Program-made: the position numbers and the translations under genes | Part shown: piece by piece, positions 55,892-64,000 of the stretch | Layout: each line of letters begins with the position of its first letter | How positions within the stretch are numbered: the first letter of the stretch is position 1 | NCBI GenBank assembly: GCA_902559935.1 | Contig: CACEJN010000001.1 | Coordinates: 599-64,598 of the forward strand | Source: an uncultured Pelagibacteraceae bacterium | GTDB lineage: Bacteria > Pseudomonadota > Alphaproteobacteria > Pelagibacterales > Pelagibacteraceae | Direction: 5' to 3' | Length of the DNA: 64,000 nucleotides | The notes under the pieces: model-generated | What the model was told of the DNA's origin: nothing | Database searches by the model: none | Seen by the model: only the letters and a program-made list of their open reading frames with translations

Positions 55892-56845
55892 TTAATTTAC
55901 TTTATTAATACAATTTCCAGTTCTAAAAAACTCATCTAAATTATCAATTGCTAAATTTCCCATTGCAATTCTTGTATCTTTTGTTGCACTACCCAGATGA
56001 GGTAAAACAAAAGCACTTGGAATTTTTAAATAACCAGGATTTAGATTTGGCTCATTTTTATAAACATCTAATCCTGCTGCATAAATTTTTCTTCTATTCA
56101 ATGCATCAATTAAAGCTTCATCATCAACTATATCACCTCTTGCAACATTAGTTATTACAGCACCTTTGGGAAAATACTCAACAGTCTCTTTATTTATCAA
56201 GTTCTCTGTTTCTTTTGTGGCTGGACAACAAATTGATAAAACATCTGAGACTGAAAAAAGACTTTTTATACTGTCATGATATGTTGCACCTTGTTCTTTA
56301 TCTTCACTTAATTTTGAACGATTATGATAATGAATAACCATACCTAAAGATTTTGCAATTTTTGCAATTTTTTGGCCAATACGACCCATACCTAAAATTC
56401 CTAATCTTGTTCCTGTTAATTGTTTCCCAATTAAATAATCAGCAGACCATTTCCATCCACCTTCTTTTGCAGACTCTATTCCTTCGTAAGCTCTTCTACA
56501 CGCTCCTAAAATTAATAAAATTCCGATTTCTGCTGTAGCATCTGACAAAACTTCTGGTGTATTTGTTACTGCTATACCCCTATTCTTTGCTGCTTCTAAA
56601 TCAATGTTTCCAAATCCAACTGCAAAATTTGAAATAATTTTTACAGAATCTGGTAATTGATTAATTGTATCTGCATCTAATTTTTCAGTTAATGATGATA
56701 ATATCCCATCAAATCCTTCACTCATTTCAATAATTTTTTTTTGTGAATAAAGTTCATCATTAGTATTAAATTTTGCATCAAATAATTTAGATGCTTTATC
56801 TTCACTTTCTCTTATTAAACGTCTTGTAATTAAAACCTTTTTCAT
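55892..56845 (-). CDS. D-2-hydroxyacid dehydrogenase (glyoxylate/hydroxypyruvate reductase-like)
   Basis: VTNTPEVL, GMGRIG, NVARG, LDVYKNEP, PHLGSAT. Confidence 0.88.
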   Translation of the reverse strand: MKKVLITRRLIRESEDKASKLFDAKFNTNDELYSQKKIIEMSEGFDGILSSLTEKLDADTINQLPDSVKIISNFAVGFGNIDLEAAKNRGIAVTNTPEVLSDATAEIGILLILGACRRAYEGIESAKEGGWKWSADYLIGKQLTGTRLGILGMGRIGQKIAKIAKSLGMVIHYHNRSKLSEDKEQGATYHDSIKSLFSVSDVLSICCPATKETENLINKETVEYFPKGAVITNVARGDIVDDEALIDALNRRKIYAAGLDVYKNEPNLNPGYLKIPSAFVLPHLGSATKDTRIAMGNLAIDNLDEFFRTGNCINKVN

Positions 56846-56850
56846 AATTT

Positions 56851-58140
56851 TTATTTTAAAATTTCAGGTTTTGGTCCTCCAGTGTACCAATCTAAAACTT
56901 CAATTGTATGTAATATTGGAACTTTAGTACCATGAGCGATTTGGGTAATACAACCAATATTTCCTGTAGAGATAAAATCTGGATTTAAACTTTCAATATT
57001 ATTTACTTTTTTCTTTAATAATTGTTTTGCAATTTTTGATTGCAAAATGTTGTAGGTACCAGCTGATCCACAACATATATGGCCTTCTGGAATTTCCATA
57101 ATTTCATTATTAGTTTTCTCAAGTAATGAAACTGGCTGCGAATGAACCTTTTGACCATGCTGCATTGAGCATGCAGAGTGATAAGCAACCTTATATTTTT
57201 TTCCTTTATCTTTAATATCAAGTTTCAAACTTTCAAAAATATATTCTGATATATCTTTTGTAAGTTCTGATATTATTTTGGCTTTTTTACTTAGCTCTTT
57301 ATCTTCACGAAAAATAAATCCGTAATCCTTCATGGTTGTTCCACAACCAGACGTATTTGATAAAATTGCATCCAAATTTCCTTTTTGATGCTCCTCATAC
57401 CAAGTGTTTATATTATTTTTAAAATCTTGATGCGCATCCTCCTCTTTTCCAAGATGATGATTTAAAGATCCACAACAACGAATTTTTTTTGGAACAACTA
57501 CCTCTACACCGTGTCTATTTAATAGCCTTATTGTTGCTTCATTAATTTGAGGAGATATTTCTTTTTGTACACATCCTGTTAAAAGAGCAACTCTAGCAAT
57601 TCTTTTTTTAGTGGAGGATTTGTAAACTTCTTTTATTGGTAAACTTTTTTTAGGAAAATTTGTAGGCATTAATTCAATCATATCCTTAATTTTTGATGGC
57701 ATTAAGAATTTGAAAGGCTTTGATAATTTTACTAATAAACTTGATAATCGAAAAACTTTTGTATTTGGAAGAGTAATAGATAAAAAATACCTTATTAGTT
57801 TATCAAAGAAAGATCTTTGATAATTTTTTTCAATATATTTTTTTCCATGATCAATTATATGCATGTAATTTACTCCTGCAGGACAAGTAGTCATACAGCT
57901 GTAACATGATAGGCATCGATCGATATGCTTTACAACTTTTTCGGTTGGTTTCCTATTATTTTCCAACATATCTTTAATAAGATAAATACGTCCTCTAGGA
58001 CCATCTAACTCGTCACCTAGAAGTTGATGCGTAGGGCATGTAGCATTACACATTCCACAATGCACACACTTTTTAAACACTTTTTCGTTTGCAAAATTGT
58101 CAGGATCTCTAAGCTGTTCTTCTGTAAATTTTGTTTGCAT
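56851..58140 (-). CDS. glcF: Glycolate oxidase Fe-S subunit
   Basis: CVHCGMCNATCP, CLSCYSCMTTCP and two CCG domains. Confidence 0.93.
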   Translation of the reverse strand: MQTKFTEEQLRDPDNFANEKVFKKCVHCGMCNATCPTHQLLGDELDGPRGRIYLIKDMLENNRKPTEKVVKHIDRCLSCYSCMTTCPAGVNYMHIIDHGKKYIEKNYQRSFFDKLIRYFLSITLPNTKVFRLSSLLVKLSKPFKFLMPSKIKDMIELMPTNFPKKSLPIKEVYKSSTKKRIARVALLTGCVQKEISPQINEATIRLLNRHGVEVVVPKKIRCCGSLNHHLGKEEDAHQDFKNNINTWYEEHQKGNLDAILSNTSGCGTTMKDYGFIFREDKELSKKAKIISELTKDISEYIFESLKLDIKDKGKKYKVAYHSACSMQHGQKVHSQPVSLLEKTNNEIMEIPEGHICCGSAGTYNILQSKIAKQLLKKKVNNIESLNPDFISTGNIGCITQIAHGTKVPILHTIEVLDWYTGGPKPEILK

Positions 58141-59420
58141 TAAACTCCTCTATACATTTTCCCTGGGTTTAAAATTCTTTTAGGATCAAAACTTTGTTTT
58201 ACTTTTTCAGAAATCATTAAACGAACTTTATCAACAGTAAAGATAGCTTCTCCGTAATCATATTCAGATGAAGTTTTTATTACTGTCAAATAACCTCCAA
58301 AATCTTTTGCCATTTTTTTTAAGTCTTTAATCTTTTCTTCTTTTTTATTATTAACTTCAATCCAGAATAACGACCCACACCAATCAACAAAATAGTTATG
58401 GTTGTTTTCTAAATGTTTGCATAGTTTTGAACCATTTGCAGGTGGTATCACCATTCGTAATAAATTATGCTCAGTCTTTTCAAAAATCTCTAAATTATTC
58501 ACTTTTTTCCAAAATGGTTCTGATTGATAAACATCAAGAATCGAAATTTCTGAATTATTTAATTCAAGTTCTTTTTTTAAATTGTTAATTTTTTCTTCAA
58601 TTGAAATTTTGTCCCCTTCAACTCTAAATGCTATAAATGAAATATTTGATTTAAGATCATTGAACTTAAAAACAGAATTTTTTTTAGTAACAAAATCTTT
58701 ATCCTTTGATTGTTCAGGAACAAAAACGGCACCAGAAATCTCGCTACTTGAGCTAGATAGTTTATTAAAAAAATCATAAATTTGTTCTAAATTACTAGGA
58801 TAAATTATTACTGTTTTAGAAGAATCTTTCTTAGGTAACACCTTTAACGTAATTTCGGTTAAAGCAACAAGAGTACCAAATGAGCCTGCTATTAATTTTG
58901 ATAAATCATAACCTGTAACATTTTTTACAACAGTACCTCCTGATTTAATTATATCTCCTTTTCCATTAACTCCCTTAAAACCTAGGACATGATCTCTCAC
59001 ACTACCAACTTTAAATCTTCGTGAACCTGCATAATTGCAAGATAAGTATCCTGCTACTGTCCCTTTATTTGACTTGCCATCTTTAATATACCCAAAGTCT
59101 ATTGGTTCAAAAGCTAGCTCTTGATTATTTTCGTTTAAGATCTTCTCGATTTCATTAATTGGTGTACAGGCTTTAACTTTAATATACAATTCTTCAGGTC
59201 TATAATTGATAATGCCTGAGATTTTAGATAAAGACGTAGTATTAGCTGACTGCGTTTTATTTCCAATAAAACTTTTTGAATTGTTACCGATAATTTCTGT
59301 TGGAGAATCTTGTTTATATAGTTCCCTAATTAAATCTGAAACTTCCGACTCATCTTTGGGATAATAGATGTTATTAGAATCTTGGAAGATCTGGGAATTT
59401 ATCTTTATTTTTGTGGACAT
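58140..59420 (-). CDS. glcE: Glycolate oxidase FAD-binding subunit
   Basis: GSVRDHVLG, GGTVVKNVTGYDL, FDPKRILNPG. Start taken at ATG 59420 (GGAAGG RBS), overlapping glcD. Confidence 0.88.
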   Translation of the reverse strand: MSTKIKINSQIFQDSNNIYYPKDESEVSDLIRELYKQDSPTEIIGNNSKSFIGNKTQSANTTSLSKISGIINYRPEELYIKVKACTPINEIEKILNENNQELAFEPIDFGYIKDGKSNKGTVAGYLSCNYAGSRRFKVGSVRDHVLGFKGVNGKGDIIKSGGTVVKNVTGYDLSKLIAGSFGTLVALTEITLKVLPKKDSSKTVIIYPSNLEQIYDFFNKLSSSSSEISGAVFVPEQSKDKDFVTKKNSVFKFNDLKSNISFIAFRVEGDKISIEEKINNLKKELELNNSEISILDVYQSEPFWKKVNNLEIFEKTEHNLLRMVIPPANGSKLCKHLENNHNYFVDWCGSLFWIEVNNKKEEKIKDLKKMAKDFGGYLTVIKTSSEYDYGEAIFTVDKVRLMISEKVKQSFDPKRILNPGKMYRGV

Positions 59421-60870
59421 GAACCCTTCCTTCCTCTGCACATTTTCTAAGTATAGGATAAACTTTTCCAGGATTTAATAAATTTTTTTCATCTAATGAC
59501 TTTTTGATACTCAGTTGTTGTTGAATATCATTATCATTAAACATTTCACACATAAGTTCTCGCTTTTCTATACCAACACCATGCTCTCCTGTAATTACTC
59601 CTCCAAGTCTCACACATGTTTTTAATATTTCTGAACCAAACTCTTCGGTTTTTCTAAGTTGTTCTTTGTCATTTCCATCAAACATAATAAGTGGATGTAA
59701 ATTTCCATCACCTGCATGAAAACAATTTGCCACTGGTAATTCATATTTTTCTGATAATTTTTTTATTTCTAATAATGCTTCAGCAAGCTTACCTCTTGGA
59801 ATAGAACCATCCATACAATAATAATCAGGCGCCATAGCTCCACATGCAGGAAAAGCTGCTTTTCTTCCAGCCCAGAATGAAAGTCTTTCTTTCTCACTAT
59901 TACTAAGTTTAAGACTAGAGCAATTATTTTTTTTACAAATTGCCTCTACTTTTTTAATTAATTCATTAACCTCTGAAACTGTTCCATCAAGTTCCACTAT
60001 TAATAATAATTCTGCGTCTCGTGGATATCCCGCTTTACTAAAATTATCTGTTGCCTCAATTAAGGCTTTATCCATTATTTCCATTCCTGCTGGAACTATT
60101 CCACTTGAAATAATTTCTGAAGCTGCATCTCCACCTTCTTTAATAGATGGAAAACCTATCAAAGCCGCTCTTACAACTTCGGGTGTTCTTAAAATTTTAA
60201 CTGTAACTTCGGTGACAACTCCCAACAATCCTTCTGAACCACAAATTAAACCCATAAGATCATATCCCTCTTGGTCAAAAGATTTTCCTCCAAATCTACA
60301 AATAGTTCCATCCATCATAACCATTTGTACGCCTAAAATATTGTTTGTAGTCGTTCCATACTTTAATGAATGAACACCACCTGAATTTTCAGCAACATTT
60401 CCACCTATAGAACATGCTAACTGACTCGAAGGGTCTGGCGCATAATAAAATCCTTTGTGTTGAACTGCATGAGTAATACCTAGATTTGTAACTCCTGGCT
60501 GAGTCACAACACATTTATTTTTGTAATCAATTTCTAATATTTTATTAAATTTTCCTAAACCAAGAAGAATAGCATCTTGAAGAGGTAATGCTCCGCCGGA
60601 CAATCCTGTGCCTGCACCTCTTGGTACAACTTTTATATTTTCACTATGACAATATTTTAATATCTCGCTTACTTCTTCTGTGTTTTCTGGAAGTACTACG
60701 GCTAATGGTGTTTGCGTATAAACTGATAAAGCATCAGTTTCATATGGTCTTAATTCATCAGCCTCACTTAATACATTTTCTATATTAGTTAACTTTGAAA
60801 GTTTTTTTACAATTTCACTTTTTCTATTTAAAATAGAACTATCAATTTTTGGTAAAGCTATTTCAGACAT
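59374..60870 (-). CDS. glcD: Glycolate oxidase FAD-linked subunit
   Basis: PRGAGTGLSGG, PDPSSQLACSIGGN, HAGDGNLHP, GEHGVG. Confidence 0.93.
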   Translation of the reverse strand: MSEIALPKIDSSILNRKSEIVKKLSKLTNIENVLSEADELRPYETDALSVYTQTPLAVVLPENTEEVSEILKYCHSENIKVVPRGAGTGLSGGALPLQDAILLGLGKFNKILEIDYKNKCVVTQPGVTNLGITHAVQHKGFYYAPDPSSQLACSIGGNVAENSGGVHSLKYGTTTNNILGVQMVMMDGTICRFGGKSFDQEGYDLMGLICGSEGLLGVVTEVTVKILRTPEVVRAALIGFPSIKEGGDAASEIISSGIVPAGMEIMDKALIEATDNFSKAGYPRDAELLLIVELDGTVSEVNELIKKVEAICKKNNCSSLKLSNSEKERLSFWAGRKAAFPACGAMAPDYYCMDGSIPRGKLAEALLEIKKLSEKYELPVANCFHAGDGNLHPLIMFDGNDKEQLRKTEEFGSEILKTCVRLGGVITGEHGVGIEKRELMCEMFNDNDIQQQLSIKKSLDEKNLLNPGKVYPILRKCAEEGRVHVHKNKDKFPDLPRF

Positions 60871-60873
60871 AGC

Positions 60874-62037
60874 TTAGCCTAGCATTTTTTTGATATTTTC
60901 CAATGCGTTAGAAATGTTATCTCTAGAGGCTGCAAAGCTAAATCTGACGTAATCTTTGCATGTTTTTCCAAAAGCTGTACCTGGAACTATAGCAACACCC
61001 GCCTCATGCATAGCTCTTTTACAAAATTCACTACCATCCATTCCAGTTCCAATAACTTTAGGAAATGCATAAAATGCTCCACCAGGTAAACTACATTCTA
61101 CACCTGGCAAACTATTCAAACCCTCATGAATTAATTTTCTTCTTAATGTAAATTTTTCCATCATCTCGTGAATTGAGTCATCTGGTCCGTCTAAAGCTGC
61201 GATACCTGCAAACTGAGCAGCAGCATTCACACATGATACACTATTGATTAATAATTTATTTACATGTTCTACTAAATTCTCTGGCCAAAAACTCCAACCA
61301 AGTCTCCAACCTGTCATAGAGTAAGCTTTACTCCACCCTTCTAAGACAATTAATCTATCTCTTAATTCAGGGTAATTAAAAAATGTCGGCATTTCTTTTT
61401 CATCAAAAATTTGTCTGCTGTAAATTTCATCACTTAAAATAGTTACGTGAGGATGTTTTTTTAAACCTTCAGCTAACTTATCTATTTCTGGTTTTTCTAC
61501 AAAACTGCCTGTTGGATTATTTGGATTGATTAAAATCAACAATCTAGTTTTATCAGTAATTAAAGATAAAACTTTATCTGCGCTGAACTTAAGATCCTTA
61601 TCTTCTGTTAAGTCATAAGGAACTGCAGTTGAGCCTGTATAATTAATCATAGACTCATAAATTGGAAAAGCAGGTGTTGGATGAATAATTTCAACTCCAG
61701 GCTCACCAAAACATTGTATTGCATAATGCATTGTAGGTTTTCCACCTGGCATAATTAAAATTCTTTCAGGATCTACATCTGCACTGTAACGCTTTTTAAT
61801 CCATCTAGTTACTGCTTGTCTACATTCTAAAATTCCATTTGAAAGAACATATCCATGATGACCATCGTCTAAAGCTTTTTTAGCTGCATCAACAACATGT
61901 TTTGGAGTTTTAAAATCAGGCTGACCTAATCCTAAATGAATCATAGGCTTCCCTTGTGCTTCCAGTTTTTTTGCTTCAGCTAAAACTGAAAAGGCACTTT
62001 CTGTTCCAAGTCTGCTTAAAGATTTTGCAAGTTCCAT
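60874..62037 (-). CDS. PLP-dependent class I aminotransferase (AspC-like)
   Basis: NPNNPTG, DEIY, SKAYSMTGWRLG. Confidence 0.9.
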   Translation of the reverse strand: MELAKSLSRLGTESAFSVLAEAKKLEAQGKPMIHLGLGQPDFKTPKHVVDAAKKALDDGHHGYVLSNGILECRQAVTRWIKKRYSADVDPERILIMPGGKPTMHYAIQCFGEPGVEIIHPTPAFPIYESMINYTGSTAVPYDLTEDKDLKFSADKVLSLITDKTRLLILINPNNPTGSFVEKPEIDKLAEGLKKHPHVTILSDEIYSRQIFDEKEMPTFFNYPELRDRLIVLEGWSKAYSMTGWRLGWSFWPENLVEHVNKLLINSVSCVNAAAQFAGIAALDGPDDSIHEMMEKFTLRRKLIHEGLNSLPGVECSLPGGAFYAFPKVIGTGMDGSEFCKRAMHEAGVAIVPGTAFGKTCKDYVRFSFAASRDNISNALENIKKMLG

Positions 62038-62061
62038 AATAAAATTTAAATTAAAGTCGCC

Positions 62062-62090
62062 AAACTAAACGAAAAATACTTTTTTGTCTA
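62062..62090 (-). promoter_or_regulatory. Putative sigma70 promoter of the aminotransferase-glcDEF operon
   Basis: Minus strand TAGACA-N17-TAGTTT. Confidence 0.5.
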
Positions 62091-62140
62091 TTTAGTTAAA
62101 ATAATTAATTTTATCAATTAATTGTTAAATCTCCTTTATT

Positions 62141-63292
62141 TTAGTCTCTATATATTATTTTTGACGCATCAAGGTCTTTAACAGACTTACAGCCCATTAA
62201 AATCATATTTCTTCTAATTTCTTTTTGCATATTTTCCAACAACCTCTCAACACCTTTTTGTCCACCAGCCCCTAAACTAAAAAGAAACGCTTTTCCAAAA
62301 CTACATGCTGTTGCTCCAGCAGCTAAAGCTTTTAGAACATGAGTTCCTCTTCTAACACCACCATCAAGAATAATTTCTAATTTATCACCAACTGCATCTG
62401 AAATTGCTTTAACCTGATCAAACGGAGATCTCGATCCATCAAGTTGTCTTCCTCCATGATTTGAAATCATAATTGCTGTACAACCAATGTCTATTGCTCT
62501 TTTAGCATCTTCAACCGACATAACTCCTTTAAGTGCCATTGGTTTATTCCATTTTTTAATACAATATTCTGCATCTTTCCAATTCATTGCTGGATCATAT
62601 TGTTCATTAATATAATCCATAACTGATTTTGCAATATTGGTGCCTTTATCAGTTTTATTTTTAATATTTGCTAATTCAAATTTTTTATTTGTAAAGTATT
62701 TAAAAACCCATCCTGGTCTCATTGCAAAACTTAATAAACTATCTAAAGTAAATTTAGGTGGTGTAGTAAATCCAGTTCTATGATCTCTTTCTCTATTTCC
62801 AGCAACTAGTGTATCAACTGTAATACACATTCCATCAAAATTAGCTCTACTGCATCTTTCAATCAAATCATCGGTAATTGATTTATCTTTATGAATATAA
62901 AGTTGAAAAAGTTTTGGCCCACTAGAAACATTTGCAACTTCTTCAATTGAAAAAGACGCCATTGTGGACATGCTATAAATTGTATCAAATTTTTCAGCTG
63001 CTCTAGCAGAAGCTTTATCACCCTCAGGATCATATAAACTTTGCATTGCCGTTGGAGATAAAAATAATGGCATGCTAATTTTTCTTCCAAAGACAGAAGT
63101 AGATAAATCTGGCTCTCCCACGCTATTCAAAATGTTTGGAACAAGATCACAATCATTAAATGCATCAGTATTTCTATTTAAAGTAACTTCGTCATCTGCA
63201 CCTCCATCAATATAGTGGAATATTGGAGCTGGTAATTTTTTTTTAGCTAATTTTCTAAAATCATCAAAATTATAGCAATCATTGATATTCAT
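62141..63292 (-). CDS. lldD: FMN-dependent alpha-hydroxy acid dehydrogenase (L-lactate dehydrogenase-like)
   Basis: FHYIDGGA, FQLY, GNRERD, SNHGGRQLD, DGGVRRG. Confidence 0.85.
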   Translation of the reverse strand: MNINDCYNFDDFRKLAKKKLPAPIFHYIDGGADDEVTLNRNTDAFNDCDLVPNILNSVGEPDLSTSVFGRKISMPLFLSPTAMQSLYDPEGDKASARAAEKFDTIYSMSTMASFSIEEVANVSSGPKLFQLYIHKDKSITDDLIERCSRANFDGMCITVDTLVAGNRERDHRTGFTTPPKFTLDSLLSFAMRPGWVFKYFTNKKFELANIKNKTDKGTNIAKSVMDYINEQYDPAMNWKDAEYCIKKWNKPMALKGVMSVEDAKRAIDIGCTAIMISNHGGRQLDGSRSPFDQVKAISDAVGDKLEIILDGGVRRGTHVLKALAAGATACSFGKAFLFSLGAGGQKGVERLLENMQKEIRRNMILMGCKSVKDLDASKIIYRD

Positions 63293-63303
63293 GTTGTCGT
63301 TTA

Positions 63304-63804
63304 TTAGAAGTTTTTAAGATAATTAAACATATAACTATTTGCCCCAGGATTCTTGTCTCCTAAACTAGCATTAGATACATGATTATAAGATATTCCTAAA
63401 CTAGAACTATTTGAAATCTCATAAGATAGTTGCACTTCAGATTTAAATTCAAGTACATGACCTAAATCTTTACCATCACCTTTATGATAAAGTCCAGGTG
63501 CAAAACTTGGCGTAAAAGTTAAAGCTCCCATATCTACGTTCCATTCAAATCCAGTATAAACATACACTGCAGAATTTTCTGTTATAAATCCTCCAGTTAT
63601 TGGAGAAATATTTCCAATAAAAGTGTTTCTTTCCAAAGTTTCATTTTGATGTTGAAAACCTACTAAGAGTGCTGACTGTTTGTCATCACTGAAATCAAAA
63701 TTTCCTGTAAAAAAATTATATTGATGAGAATTATTTTCTGCAGCTAAAAGCTTAGTGCAAAAAAATAATGTAAAAAAAAATATATTTAATTTTTTTAAAT
63801 TCAT
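63304..63804 (-). CDS. PagL-like acyloxyacyl hydrolase / lipid A 3-O-deacylase (outer-membrane beta-barrel)
   Basis: Signal peptide, alternating beta-strand pattern, HVSNA..NPG catalytic motif, terminal Phe. Confidence 0.8.
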   Translation of the reverse strand: MNLKKLNIFFFTLFFCTKLLAAENNSHQYNFFTGNFDFSDDKQSALLVGFQHQNETLERNTFIGNISPITGGFITENSAVYVYTGFEWNVDMGALTFTPSFAPGLYHKGDGKDLGHVLEFKSEVQLSYEISNSSSLGISYNHVSNASLGDKNPGANSYMFNYLKNF

Positions 63805-63820
63805 AACTCTTATTAACAGA

Positions 63821-64000
63821 TTAATTATGTTTTTTTTTAAGTTTTTTAAAGATTATTGCACCACCTAAAAGGAAGATCAATAGAGGCATAAACCAAAGAA
63901 TATAGGTGTTTTTATTTAATTTAGGATCATACAATATCCATTCCCCATACTTATTTTTAAAATATTCATAAATTTCAGCATCCGTTAATCCTTCATCAAT
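63821..64000 (-). CDS. ccmH: Cytochrome c biogenesis protein CcmH/CycL, C-terminal part (5' end outside the window)
   Basis: Manual translation: IDEGLTDAEIYEYFKNKYGEWILYDPKLNKNTYILWFMPLLIFLLGG..., matching the CcmH YGxxxLxxP...LWxxP pattern. Confidence 0.85.
   Translation of the reverse strand: MDEGLTDAEIYEYFKNKYGEWILYDPKLNKNTYILWFMPLLIFLLGGAIIFKKLKKKHN

Overview
Very AT-rich, extremely gene-dense alphaproteobacterial chromosome segment, almost all on the minus strand. The proteins, gene order and tiny intergenic spacers point to a SAR11/Pelagibacter genome (inferred, not searched). Left half (1-34.7 kb): F1 ATP synthase operon (atpHAGDC), priA, the TCA cluster (sdhCDAB-mmsA-mdh-sucCD-sucAB-lpdA), asd, a DMSP demethylation cassette (dmdC-dmdB-alpha/beta hydrolase-dmdA), leuCDB, ffh-rpsP-trmD-rplS (no rimM) with a structured ffh leader RNA, and dapF-ftsY. 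Right half: nutrient uptake and catabolism, comprising two TRAP systems (one with an oversized DctM/DctQ, one with a malonamidase-like amidase and an unannotated 58-aa membrane protein), an ABC importer plus Zn-alcohol dehydrogenase divergent from an AcoR-like regulator that has no AAA+ domain, the mmsB/glyoxylate reductase/glcDEF/aminotransferase/lldD block, a PagL-like protein and the 3' end of ccmH. No rRNA, tRNA, CRISPR or mobile element was seen. Most notable signals: (1) both heme-b axial His ligands of complex II (SdhC, SdhD) are substituted, suggesting a naturally heme-free SDH; (2) a GAF-HTH regulator/ADH/hybrid ABC module that may be a sigma70-rewired alcohol or diol uptake system; (3) a TRAP-amidase cassette bracketed by a duplicated promoter-leader-Tat-signal module. 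All family assignments come from motif recognition by eye.
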